This document shows positions 7,895 to 16,816 of a stretch of 64,000 nt of DNA, in pieces. Under the pieces are notes generated by a model. That model was not told the DNA's origin. It searched no databases and saw only the letters and a program-made list of their open reading frames with translations. The DNA comes from an uncultured Pseudomonadota bacterium. GTDB taxonomy: Bacteria > SAR324 > NAC60-12. Position 1 is the first letter of the stretch. Every line of letters starts with the position of its first letter. The stretch spans positions 339 to 64,338 of the forward strand of contig CAYFLK010000011.1 in the NCBI GenBank assembly GCA_964344035.1. The letters run 5' to 3'. A program made the position numbers and the translations under genes.

Positions 7895-9874
7895 TTATTC
7901 AATCAGGGTTGCTTCCAGGTCGCCGATCCAGTGGCTGAGGTTGTCGTTCCAGCTGGAAAGGTTGTCTCCGACGGAAATGTTGTCGGTGCGGGCGATGCTG
8001 CCGTTGTCGACCTGGATGAAGAACACCGGCTGCCGGTAGGGGCTTGCCTGGTTAGGTGCCTCGGTTGTGGTATTGTCGAGATCGTCCTTGAAGCGAAACG
8101 GCCCGTAACTGAGGTCCCCGTCCAGTCCGGGAGCGGACAGGTCCACCCGCACTCCCTGCAGGTCTGCATTGGTAACGTCTTCCACCCAGACAAGGTACGT
8201 CCCGTCGGCGACTGCCCCGCTATTGGTTGCCCAGACCTGCACTTCCGTGCCGTGCACGGTGAGGGTGTGGGTCCCGGACCCGGAGTCGCCGAGATCAAGG
8301 GCGGTGCCGAGTATCGCCCCGGAGGAGTTGTCGGCCAGCTTCAGGGTCCGCGAGGCGGAATCGATGCTATGGGCGTAATACAGGGTCCCCGTGCTCAATC
8401 CCGAGGGCAGGGTCCCGGACGAGGAAACCGAAACCGGGGTCCCGGTAGTTACCGAACTGAGGTCGGTTCCGGAAACAAAGGTCAAATCGTCGGTAGCCGC
8501 ATCCACGCTGAACTCCGCGCGGTTGACCGCGGATGTGTCGATTTCAGTCAGCTCCGTGCCGTCCGCGAGCTGAATGGTGTCACCGGTTTCAACATATTTC
8601 TGGTAACTCGCGTTGCTGTAAACGTGGTAGCGCGTGCCGCGGCTTTCGTTATCGAAACTTGCGTTGTCCTCCTCAGAGTATGCCCATCCCGGGAAATAAT
8701 AGGAGTGCAGGTCAGGGTCCGAACCGTCGGTCCAGGTGAGGGTGAAGCACATGGCGCTGTTGTCAATGCACGCGTCATAAGTCACTGAACCCATTGATAC
8801 CTGTTTTGAACTGCCTTCGATGCTGATGATCACGACGAAGGAATTGCTTCCGTTGACCAGCGAGATGGTGGTGGGAGTGGTAAAATCGATGCGGTAGGTG
8901 ACATTATCGGAATTCGTGCTGTACGCGGAAGGAAGGGCGGTGTCCGGGGTGATGTCGAGCGTGCTGGAGTTGGCGGTGTTTTTGACCACCATCGTAGAGA
9001 TGATCTGGGTTACGTTGTCCTTCTTCGCCAGCGGCACCTCCACTACCAGGCTCCCGGAAGCATTGGCGTAAGGAGAGGTGCCGAACTGGCTGACGCTCAT
9101 GTTGTCGAAACTGATCCAGTCCAGATCAAGCATGTTCGGCGTCAGCTTGATGTCGAGAATTTCCTCGGAACTGGCGAGGAGGAATGTGTCGGTCGTTGAA
9201 CTGAACCCGTTCAGGGTGACCTGGTACGAATATGACCCGTATTCCAGGTTGAGCGGGACGGTGTGAGTGGTGTTGTCACTGATAGTGATGTTGTCGCTGT
9301 AAACCTTGTTTCCGGAAAGGTCGCTGACGGCTAATGATCCCGTAGTCCCCGTCACCAGGCCGGCGCTGCTGACGCTGCCGATTTTCACCGTCACGGTGGA
9401 GAAGAAGGTTCCCCAGAAATCAACGACTACAGTTTTGACGCTTGTATCGTAATCCACGCTGAAAATTTCCGATTCCCCAAAACTCTCCGCTTCAATGTCT
9501 GCCGAGGCAAGGTCAGCCAGGGAATAGACCGCGGAAAAGAAATAGAGGCAGAGTTTGAGCTGGACCTCCAACGGAACCACCATTTCGACTTCATACGCAC
9601 TCAAATCCAGCAGCGCGCGGTCGTAATCCGAAGATGAAGGTCCGTAATTCGTGGAACACTGGGCCGCGGGCCTGAGCACCACCAGCGCGGTTTTTGCTTC
9701 ATCGAGGGTGATCCCGGTTTTTACGGCGGAACGCTCCCCGGAGTTGTTTCCGTCAACCCTCATCCGCACATGGGCGGTCCCGCGTGTTTCCGGGTCGATA
9801 TCCGCGCACGCGGAAAGCATAGTCAGCGCTGCCAGCAGGAACCCGAAGAATTTTGCTGCATGGCGCGCGTTCAT
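7895..9874 (-). CDS. large secreted lipoprotein, S/T/D/N/G-rich (cell-surface protein, unknown function)
   Basis: 659 aa. The N-terminus MNARHAAKFFGFLLAALTMLSAC carries a signal peptide and lipobox. Low-complexity beta-rich composition. Sits in an operon with the FecR-like and DUF1566 genes. Confidence 0.6.
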   Translation of the reverse strand: MNARHAAKFFGFLLAALTMLSACADIDPETRGTAHVRMRVDGNNSGERSAVKTGITLDEAKTALVVLRPAAQCSTNYGPSSSDYDRALLDLSAYEVEMVVPLEVQLKLCLYFFSAVYSLADLASADIEAESFGESEIFSVDYDTSVKTVVVDFWGTFFSTVTVKIGSVSSAGLVTGTTGSLAVSDLSGNKVYSDNITISDNTTHTVPLNLEYGSYSYQVTLNGFSSTTDTFLLASSEEILDIKLTPNMLDLDWISFDNMSVSQFGTSPYANASGSLVVEVPLAKKDNVTQIISTMVVKNTANSSTLDITPDTALPSAYSTNSDNVTYRIDFTTPTTISLVNGSNSFVVIISIEGSSKQVSMGSVTYDACIDNSAMCFTLTWTDGSDPDLHSYYFPGWAYSEEDNASFDNESRGTRYHVYSNASYQKYVETGDTIQLADGTELTEIDTSAVNRAEFSVDAATDDLTFVSGTDLSSVTTGTPVSVSSSGTLPSGLSTGTLYYAHSIDSASRTLKLADNSSGAILGTALDLGDSGSGTHTLTVHGTEVQVWATNSGAVADGTYLVWVEDVTNADLQGVRVDLSAPGLDGDLSYGPFRFKDDLDNTTTEAPNQASPYRQPVFFIQVDNGSIARTDNISVGDNLSSWNDNLSHWIGDLEATLIE

Positions 9875-9880
9875 CTGCCC

Positions 9881-10996
9881 TCAGCGGTTGCGGATGTCGG
9901 TTTTCAGAATGAAGATCCGGTTCCGACTGAGATCGAGCGCCTCTTCAGCACGATCGATCAGTTCCTGAATCGTGTCGATTTCCTCAATCCTGTCGATAAC
10001 CTCGGTTTCCTCTTCCTCCTCGATCGGAAGCGGGGCTGATGTTCCGCCGCTCTCGCGACTGCGCACCGCCTCCACCGGTTCCGCCGGTCCAAACTCAAGT
10101 TCCACGAACACGTCGGGGTCTTCCGCATCCATGATCTGTTGCTGCTGTTCCCGCGGCGTCTCAACCGGATCGGAGGGAACGGCGCCTTCCTTCACGCGTG
10201 AAACGGTGTTGCCGGGGATCACGATTTCATACTCCGGAAGTTCGGCGGATGCCATCGTCACTTCTCCGGAGAGGGTAAGCACGTTCGTCGAATCACCGGC
10301 GGTGGCGACCACGAATTCGGTGCCGCGTACCCCAACCAGCGCGGAAACCGTGCGCACTCGGAAGCGTTTCTTTTTGCGCACTTTCAACCCGCCCAGCTTG
10401 AACGCGCCGATTTTCGCACCAAGTTCCTTTTTTCCCGCGGGCGGGACCGGCGCGGAGGTTGGCGCGGATTTCCGCGGGAGGGTGTCAGCTTCCGTTTCAC
10501 CAGGCGGACGCTCCTCTACCGGAATTTCTACTGCCTGCTGTTCCTCAGGAGTATCTTCGGGCGCCGCCGGTTCCGGAGCGGTGGGGACGACAAAATTCCC
10601 CTTTCCCACCAGCAGAGCCACCGCGCGCTGTTCCGCCGAAACGCCCTCCACCGCGAACAGCGCGTGTGAAAACAGTTCGATCTTCTCTTCATTGCGTGTG
10701 AGTGCGACCCGCACCCGCGTATCCGCGCCGGTGTGCAAACGATCACCCGCGTAAAGGTCGAGCTTTAATCCAGGTTGCCAAAGGATGCGGCTTTGACCCG
10801 CACGCATCAGCTTGAGTGCGCCTTTCTGCAGCCGCAGAATACCTTCCGCCGCATGAGCAACCCTGTATGCAGGCACGCAAAACACAAATACAGCGATGGC
10901 AAAACCGCATACTCGCATACAAATCGCAATTCCCGCGGGCAGTGCCCAATTCATATCGCTGTGACCCGCGTGGACCTCGTTTCGCGTTTTTTCCAT
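9881..10996 (-). CDS. FecR-domain protein (two FecR-like modules separated by P/E-rich linker)
   Basis: N-terminal transmembrane/signal segment. GDRLHTGADTRVRVAL..IELFSHALFAV resembles a FecR/DUF4974 beta fold. A second module is VGVRGTEFVV...LTLSGEVT. The C-terminus is acidic. The start could instead be the internal Met at ~10954. Confidence 0.55.
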   Translation of the reverse strand: MEKTRNEVHAGHSDMNWALPAGIAICMRVCGFAIAVFVFCVPAYRVAHAAEGILRLQKGALKLMRAGQSRILWQPGLKLDLYAGDRLHTGADTRVRVALTRNEEKIELFSHALFAVEGVSAEQRAVALLVGKGNFVVPTAPEPAAPEDTPEEQQAVEIPVEERPPGETEADTLPRKSAPTSAPVPPAGKKELGAKIGAFKLGGLKVRKKKRFRVRTVSALVGVRGTEFVVATAGDSTNVLTLSGEVTMASAELPEYEIVIPGNTVSRVKEGAVPSDPVETPREQQQQIMDAEDPDVFVELEFGPAEPVEAVRSRESGGTSAPLPIEEEEETEVIDRIEEIDTIQELIDRAEEALDLSRNRIFILKTDIRNR

Positions 10997-11099
10997 TTCA
11001 ATCCCAGGCTGGCGTCGTTGCGGCGTCTGCTGAATCGGCGGACGGGAATCTTTTCAGATTATCATCCTAAACCTCTTGTGCGACATGTCAACCAGAATG

Positions 11100-11250
11100 G
11101 GAGGCAAGAATATCAATTATTATAAAATATTAAATTACAATTATTTCAATATTTTATATAAATTATTATTGAAATGGTGAAAGATATGTGTTTGTATGCG
11201 GTAAAATGCGGTAAAAAAATATTTCACCTGCCGATCCCCTGAGGAGAAAA
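11100..11250. promoter_or_regulatory. strongly AT-rich region upstream of the FecR/lipoprotein operon
   Basis: The sequence reads attattataaaatattaaattacaattatttcaatattttatataaattattattgaaatgg. This is a sharp compositional break from the GC-rich flanks. It is a likely promoter or nucleoid-protein-binding region. Confidence 0.4.
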
Positions 11251-11304
11251 AACGACAGATTCACAATCAGAGGAGGGAATACGGGAAGAATTTCAAGGCT
11301 GAAG

Positions 11305-11905
11305 TTAGGACCCTTTTTCAATCAGGCTGAGCAGGTCTTCAAAGGGCTGCGCGCCCACCAGTCCGTACCCACCGCAGATGAAGGTGGGGATGCCGGTCAC
11401 CCCGAGTTCCCGGGCCTCCGCCCAATCCCGGTCCACCACCTCGGCATAACTTGCGTTTTGAAAAACATCGCGCGCTTCCTCGGCGGGCAATCCGCATTCT
11501 TCAACGATGGACAGCAACACATCCAACTTGGCAAGGTTTGCTCCATCGACAAAATACGCCCGGTAGAGCTCCTGGTTAAACTTGTCTGAAAGGGGAGTGG
11601 TTTCCGCCCACTTGGCCAGTTCCTGTGCCTTGCGGCTGTTGTAGGTCATGTTTCGCCCGGGATTGAACGGAAGTTCTTCCACCCGGGTCAGGGCTTTCAT
11701 GCGCTGCGCGCCAGCTTTGAAGTCTATCCCGGTCCCCCGGAAAAGGTCTTCCAGGCTGCGTCCTTCCTCCGGAGTGTCAGGATGCAGTGGAAAGTAGCGC
11801 CAGCGCACCTCCACGGGGTGTTTTTTTTTCAAGCGTTCGACACGACCCGTGACGAGGTAACACCACGGTCAGACAAAATCCGTAAAGATTTCGAGGATCG
11901 GCATA
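11305..11905 (-). CDS. DsbA/FrnE-like thiol:disulfide oxidoreductase, candidate selenoprotein (in-frame TGA at the first Cys of the CxxC motif)
   Basis: The ORF track begins at MKKKHPVEVRW. The frame continues upstream as ATG(11905) MPILEIFTDFV-TGA-PWCYLVTGRVERL-KKKHPVEVRW. The TGA (11872-11870) occupies exactly the position of the N-terminal Cys of the conserved DSBA-like motif (F/V)CPWCY. An 8-bp stem-loop, CCGUGGUG..CGUCACGG, starts immediately 3' of the UGA. Confidence 0.6.
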
Positions 11906-12130
11906 TCATTGTTCTTGTTAATGTTTTCAACATATTTATGGCGCGGCGCCTAAATCATGGGACACTATAGCAAAATGCGAAAGCAAAATCATGAGACAAA
12001 CGGCCAATTCCACTGATGGCGACGCCCATTACTGCGGCAAGAAAAATTGTAAGGAATCATAGCTTTGCAGCGAAAAACAAAGAACATGCAGACATGTTCG
12101 GCAGCAGCGGGCTAATCCGCGGAAAAGCGC

Positions 12131-13225
12131 GTGAAGGGACAAATGAAACAGGAATACCATTTCTCAATCCGCGGCACGCGGTTTCTTGACCACGAAGCGA
12201 AGGCCGTTAGACCTTTACCGGACTGGGCGGAACCGCCTGGAAAGCTGGTGGAATTCTACAAAATGATGGTGCTCACACGCACCTTCGACCAGAAGGCTGT
12301 TGCCCTGCAGCGGACCGGTCAGCTGGGCACCTATGCCTCGTCACTCGGCCAGGAAGCGCTTGGGGTGGCGATCGGTTTCGCGATGAAGGACACAGATGTA
12401 TTTGCTCCCAACTACCGCGACCACGCGGCGCAAATCATCCGCGGTGTATCCATCACCGAACTGCTGCTCTTTTGGGGAGGAGACGAACGCGGAAGCGCCA
12501 CAACAAAAGCCAGGGAGGATCTGCCCATCTGCGTCCCGGTAGCCACACAGTGCACACATGCCGCCGGAGTGGCGGGGGCAATCAAAATCAGGGGAGTAAA
12601 ACGGGCGGTTGTCACAACCTGCGGAGACGGCGCCACGTCCCGGGGCGATTTCCTGGAATCGATCAACCTGGCAGGGGCCTGGAAACTGCCGCTGGTCTTT
12701 GTCGTCAACAACAACCAGTGGGCCATCTCCGTACCCCGCGGCATCCAAAGCAGCGCGGAAACGCTGGCGCAAAAAGCCATCGGCGCAGGCATACCCGGAG
12801 AGCAGGTGGACGGCAACGATGTTATTGCGCTGTATGAGGCATTGCGCGAAGCGCTGCAGAGAGCATACGCGGGCAAAGGCGCATCACTGATCGAGGCCCT
12901 TACCTACCGCCTGGGCGATCACACCACCGCTGACGATGCCGCCCGCTATCGCCCGGCTGAGGAACTCAACCGAGCATGGGAACGTGAACCGCTGAAACGC
13001 CTGCAAACATATCTTCATTCACGGGGCGCGTGGGACGAGGAGCAGGAAAAAGCGCTGCAAGATGAATGTCAGGCGCGGGTGCAGGCAAGCGTCGACGAAT
13101 ACCTGGCAACTGAACCCGAAGCGGCCACCGCAATTTTTGGCTCGCTGCACGAAAACCTCCCGCACGCGCTTGAGGAACAGTATGAAAAGCTGGTCCGGAA
13201 ATCCGGTCGGATTGGAGATGCATGA
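12131..13225 (+). CDS. 2-oxo acid dehydrogenase (pyruvate/acetoin/branched-chain type) E1 component alpha subunit, TPP-dependent
   Basis: 364 aa. TPP-binding region GDGATSRGDFLESINLAGAWKLPLVFVVNNNQWAIS. Followed by E1 beta and E2 genes. Confidence 0.8.
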   Translation: MKGQMKQEYHFSIRGTRFLDHEAKAVRPLPDWAEPPGKLVEFYKMMVLTRTFDQKAVALQRTGQLGTYASSLGQEALGVAIGFAMKDTDVFAPNYRDHAAQIIRGVSITELLLFWGGDERGSATTKAREDLPICVPVATQCTHAAGVAGAIKIRGVKRAVVTTCGDGATSRGDFLESINLAGAWKLPLVFVVNNNQWAISVPRGIQSSAETLAQKAIGAGIPGEQVDGNDVIALYEALREALQRAYAGKGASLIEALTYRLGDHTTADDAARYRPAEELNRAWEREPLKRLQTYLHSRGAWDEEQEKALQDECQARVQASVDEYLATEPEAATAIFGSLHENLPHALEEQYEKLVRKSGRIGDA

Positions 13226-13405
13226 GAGTTTTTACTTGCTATTGTATCGAAGGCCTTAGGTGTGCGTTCATCCCCTCACCCCGCCCCTCTCCCGGAGGAA
13301 AGGGGGATAAGAATCAGCACTTACCGGAAGAGGAGGAGTTACAATTTCGCTTTGCGTTGATATTGAAGTGAAATAGGATCTACGGAATCGAAGCATGAGG
13401 AAGCT

Positions 13406-14389
13406 ATGCTGGAGATGACCATGGTCGAAGCAATCAACCTCGCTTTACATCATGAAATGCGGGTTGACGAAAACGTGGTGGTGCTTGGTGAAGACGTGGG
13501 AATCAACGGCGGGGTTTTTCGCGCGACTGTTGGACTGTACGAAAAATTCGGTTACAAACGGGTGATGGACACCCCGCTCGCGGAAACCCTGATCGCCGGG
13601 CTGAGTGTCGGCATGGCGACCCAGGGGCTGCGCCCGGTGGCGGAAATCCAGTTCATGGGTTTCATCTATGCTACCATGGAGCACATGATCAGCCATGCGT
13701 CGCGCATGCGCAACCGCACCCGTGGGAGGCTTGCCTGCCCGATGGTGCTGCGTGCGCCTTACGGTGGCGGCATCCACGCGCCAGAACACCACTCGGAAAG
13801 CACCGAAGCCATGTTTGCCCATATTCCGGGGCTGCGCGTGGTCATCCCCAGTTCTCCGGCACGTGCTTACGGACTTTTGCTGGCGGCCATTCGCGACCCA
13901 GACCCGGTGGTTTTTCTTGAACCCAAACGAATCTACCGCGCAGTCAGCCAGTCCGTCGAAGACAGCGGCGAGGCACTGCCGATGGATCTGTGTTTCACAC
14001 TGCGCGAAGGCCGCGACCTGACACTGGTCGCCTGGGGGGCCATGATCCCGGAGGCAGTGGCGGCCGCTGATAAACTGGCGGAACAAGGCATCGACGTGGA
14101 AATAATTGACGTTGCCACCATTAAGCCTTTGGACATGGAGACCATCGTCCTGTCCGTTGCTAAAACCGGGCACTGCGTGATAGTGCACGAAGCCGCGCGG
14201 AGTTACGGCCCCGGCGCTGAAATCGCAGCGCAACTGGCCGAACGGTCTCTGCTGGATCTGCAGGCGCCGGTCGCCCGCGTGACCGGATACGACACGATCA
14301 TGCCGTATCCACGCCTGGAGCATCTTTACATGCCCGGCAAGGACGATATCTTGGAAGCCTGTCTGAATGCCCTCAATTTTGCGGGCTGA
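13406..14389 (+). CDS. 2-oxo acid dehydrogenase E1 component beta subunit (transketolase-like)
   Basis: 327 aa. Motifs VVVLGEDVG..GGVFRAT, EIQFMGF, and a C-terminal transketolase domain. Confidence 0.8.
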   Translation: MLEMTMVEAINLALHHEMRVDENVVVLGEDVGINGGVFRATVGLYEKFGYKRVMDTPLAETLIAGLSVGMATQGLRPVAEIQFMGFIYATMEHMISHASRMRNRTRGRLACPMVLRAPYGGGIHAPEHHSESTEAMFAHIPGLRVVIPSSPARAYGLLLAAIRDPDPVVFLEPKRIYRAVSQSVEDSGEALPMDLCFTLREGRDLTLVAWGAMIPEAVAAADKLAEQGIDVEIIDVATIKPLDMETIVLSVAKTGHCVIVHEAARSYGPGAEIAAQLAERSLLDLQAPVARVTGYDTIMPYPRLEHLYMPGKDDILEACLNALNFAG

Positions 14390-14411
14390 TGAACTTTATG
14401 CAGGAGTTGCC

Positions 14412-15530
14412 ATGAAATATTTCAAACTTCCGGACCTGGGCGAAGGACTGCAGGAAGCGGAAATCGTTGAATGGCATGTGCGGGAAGGTGACACAGTCAA
14501 AACTGACCAACTGCTGGTTTCAGTGGAAACCGCCAAGGCGATTGTGCAGGTCCCATCTCCAAGAGATGGAACAGTTGTCCGTTTGTATGGCAAAGCGGGT
14601 GACATGCTCCACATCGGGGAACCGCTTGTGGAGTTTGCCGGACAGGAAGACGAGGATGCTGGCACGGTGGTCGGAGCCATAGAACAAGCAGAGAAAAAAC
14701 ACCCTGAAGACCATTTCATCATCGGCGCCCCGGAAAGCGGGAAACGCCGGCAGACAAAGGCCACCCCGGCGGTGCGCGCATTGGCGAGGAAACTAATGCT
14801 TGAGCTGGATGCCGTCACCCCTTCGGGAAAAGACGGCCTGATAACCCGGGAGGATGTCGAACAGGCAGCGAAACAGGTGACGGAAAGCGGTGACACGGAG
14901 CCACTGCGCAGCGTGCGCCGGACGATGGCCCGCAACATGGCCCGCGCACATGCGGAAGTCGCGGCGGTCTCACTGTATGAGGATGCGGACATCGAAGCCT
15001 GGGAACATAACGCAGACCCGACGATCAGGCTTGTACACGCTATCGCGTACGCCTGCACTTGCGAACCATCCCTGAACGTATGGTTTGACGTACAGCGCCT
15101 CGCCCGGCGGATGCAGGAAAAGGTGGATGTAGGGATAGCGGTTGATACCGAGGATGGACTGTTTGTGCCCGTGCTGCGCGATGTCGCAAACCGCACGCTC
15201 CAGGACCTCAGGGAAGGACTCAACCGGATGCGCGGGGACGTGGAAAAACGGACCATTCCTCCGGAAGAGATGCTGAACCCCAGCATCACGCTTTCAAATT
15301 TCGGCACCATGTCCGGACGTTACGCAAACACGGTCGTTGTCCCCCCAACAGTAGCAATCATCGGCGCGGGAGTCATCCGCGATCAGGTGGTGGCCGTTAA
15401 CCGCCAGCCCGTGGTGCATCGCATCCTGCCCCTTTCTCTGACCTTCGATCACAGGGTTGTCACCGGAGGCGAAGCCGCGCGCTTCATGGCGGCGATGATC
15501 GAGGACGTCGTCCGCTCCAGCATTGAGTGA
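14412..15530 (+). CDS. dihydrolipoamide acyltransferase (E2) of 2-oxo acid dehydrogenase complex
   Basis: Start taken at ATG 14412 (MKYFKLPDLGEGLQEAEIVEW, a lipoyl domain with the target Lys in VETAKA). Then a peripheral-subunit-binding domain (ATPAVRALARKL). Then a catalytic domain with DHRVVTGGEAA. No E3 gene follows. Confidence 0.8.
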   Translation: MKYFKLPDLGEGLQEAEIVEWHVREGDTVKTDQLLVSVETAKAIVQVPSPRDGTVVRLYGKAGDMLHIGEPLVEFAGQEDEDAGTVVGAIEQAEKKHPEDHFIIGAPESGKRRQTKATPAVRALARKLMLELDAVTPSGKDGLITREDVEQAAKQVTESGDTEPLRSVRRTMARNMARAHAEVAAVSLYEDADIEAWEHNADPTIRLVHAIAYACTCEPSLNVWFDVQRLARRMQEKVDVGIAVDTEDGLFVPVLRDVANRTLQDLREGLNRMRGDVEKRTIPPEEMLNPSITLSNFGTMSGRYANTVVVPPTVAIIGAGVIRDQVVAVNRQPVVHRILPLSLTFDHRVVTGGEAARFMAAMIEDVVRSSIE

Positions 15531-15620
15531 TCCGACCAGCATTGTCAAACATCTCGGTTGCTGTACAGGTGTCTGGGATGATTTCGATTTCAACAACGAA
15601 AAGTTTTCGACATATTGTCC

Positions 15621-15830
15621 CTGTCTGCGCCTGCCTGTCGCTTTCGCGAGGCAGACAGGTGCAACGCACAAGCAGGCAAGAATGAAATTGGTTATGTTAT
15701 GGATAAATGTTGTTTACATGGGTAAATCCCGTAACCTGGCGCACAATGTGATGGAAATGTTCAAAAACACACCCTCACCACTGTCTGCGCCTGCTTGTCA
15801 CGATTGCGACGCAGACAGGTGCGACGCACA
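15621..15830. repeat. two ~50-bp direct repeats, each an imperfect hairpin, separated by ~110 bp
   Basis: Copy 1 (15621-15670) is ctgtctgcgcctgcctgtcgctttcgcgaggcagacaggtgcaacgcaca. Copy 2 (15781-15830) is ctgtctgcgcctgcttgtcacgattgcgacgcagacaggtgcgacgcaca. CTGTCTGCG pairs with CGCAGACAG within each copy. Confidence 0.65.
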
Positions 15831-15884
15831 TGGAGGTAACGCTAGGTGAGTGGTCATAATTGATAATTACGTATAACGAAGATC

Positions 15885-16014
15885 CTGTAGGGGCAACCCA
15901 CCGTGGTTGCCCTTAGCAGGGTGGTCAAAAGATGCCCGCCAGCCGCGCTACACTTGGCGCATGCAGGCGTGCAGACACGTGATTTTGGGCAGACACAGAG
16001 GTCTGCCCCTACAG
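15885..16014. repeat. REP/MITE-like element with terminal inverted repeats CTGTAGGGGCA / TGCCCCTACAG and two internal 8-bp-stem hairpins
   Basis: Hairpin A at 15891-15912 is GGGCAACC-CACCGT-GGTTGCCC. Hairpin B at 15988-16009 is GGGCAGAC-ACAGAG-GTCTGCCC. Hairpin B has the same stem as the hairpin at 1921-1942. Confidence 0.65.
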
Positions 16015-16161
16015 ATTGCTATAAAATAGCTTTGAAATTTTAAGAGGCTAAGCGGATATATTTTTTTGCAGAGAAATATGTTCCATGCGAAAATACCAAA
16101 TGAGTTCAGTCGGACAGGGTTAAATATGTCCCCTCAATGCTGGTACAACTGGAGAACTGAA

Positions 16162-16779
16162 ATGTCAAAGACAGATTTCAAGAAAGAAATGAAACACCTT
16201 TTTGCGCCTTCTGCAAAGGAATTCGAAGTGGTGGAGGCGCCGCAACTGAATTACCTGATGGTTGACGGAAAGGGCGATCCCAACGCCAGCGAATACAGCG
16301 AGGCGGTGGAAGCGCTCTATGCCGTTGCCTACAAACTCAAGTTCATGAGCAAGAAAGAACTGGGACGGGATTACGTGGTGCCTCCGTTGGAAGGCTTGTG
16401 GTGGGCGGAAGATTTGAGAGTTTTTGCCACAGGGGACAAGGACGCATGGGAGTGGACATCCATGATCATGCAGCCGGACTGGATCGATGCAGACATGTTC
16501 AACAACGCCTGCGAGCAGGTTGAAAAGGCGAAAAACCCCCCTGCTTTGTCAAAAATACGGATGGAAAAGTATCTTGAAGGACTTTCAGTGCAGATAATGC
16601 ACATCGGTCCTTACGCGGATGAAGCGCCGGTTTTGTCCAGGCTTCACAACGAATACCTGCCGCAAAACGGATATGTTGAAGCAGGTAAACACCACGAGAT
16701 ATACCTCAGTGATCCGCGCAAAGTCAGTCCGGAAAAATTAAAGACCGTGCTGCGGCAGCCAGTGAAGAAAACCGCATGA
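16162..16779 (+). CDS. GyrI-like small-molecule-binding domain protein
   Basis: The ORF runs from 16066. The start is probably the internal Met MSKTDFKKEMK. The C-terminal half (SVQIMHIGPYADEAPVLSRLHNEYLPQNGY...HHEIYLSDPRK) resembles the GyrI/AraC effector-binding fold. Confidence 0.5.
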   Translation: MSKTDFKKEMKHLFAPSAKEFEVVEAPQLNYLMVDGKGDPNASEYSEAVEALYAVAYKLKFMSKKELGRDYVVPPLEGLWWAEDLRVFATGDKDAWEWTSMIMQPDWIDADMFNNACEQVEKAKNPPALSKIRMEKYLEGLSVQIMHIGPYADEAPVLSRLHNEYLPQNGYVEAGKHHEIYLSDPRKVSPEKLKTVLRQPVKKTA

Positions 16780-16816
16780 GGCAGGGGCATTCCCCTTCAG
16801 GAGGATGCAGTAGAAT

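Noticed and set aside
7931-8788. 285-aa plus-strand ORF (and similar long antisense ORFs at 440-1006, 2514-3062, 5084-5533, 5609-6256, 9972-10754, 13445-14323, 14396-15310, 44518-45672, 46150-47121, 50742-51533, 52888-53712, 36361-37050)
   Set aside because: All lie antisense to strongly supported genes with recognisable domains, in GC-rich DNA where stop codons are rare. Their translations are low-complexity (G/R/P/A-rich) without motifs.
11833-11905. Alternative reading in which TGA at 11872-11870 is a genuine stop and the dsbA-like gene starts at TTG 11832
   Set aside because: The 11 codons upstream of the TGA reproduce the conserved DSBA N-terminus, and the TGA sits exactly at the active-site Cys. 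A truncated protein would lack the whole CxxC motif. A pseudogene or sequencing error cannot be excluded, so it is kept as a candidate only.
15621-15830. Possible CRISPR array (two hairpin-forming direct repeats)
   Set aside because: Only two repeat copies. The ~110-bp spacer is far longer than CRISPR spacers. The repeats are 50 bp with internal dyad symmetry, unlike the 28-37-bp CRISPR repeats. No cas genes are in the window.
15523-15849. 108-aa ORF rich in Cys/His spanning the 50-bp repeats
   Set aside because: The reading frame is generated by the GC-rich repeats themselves (CTGCGCCTGC..). There is no RBS and no coherent domain, so it is most likely non-coding.
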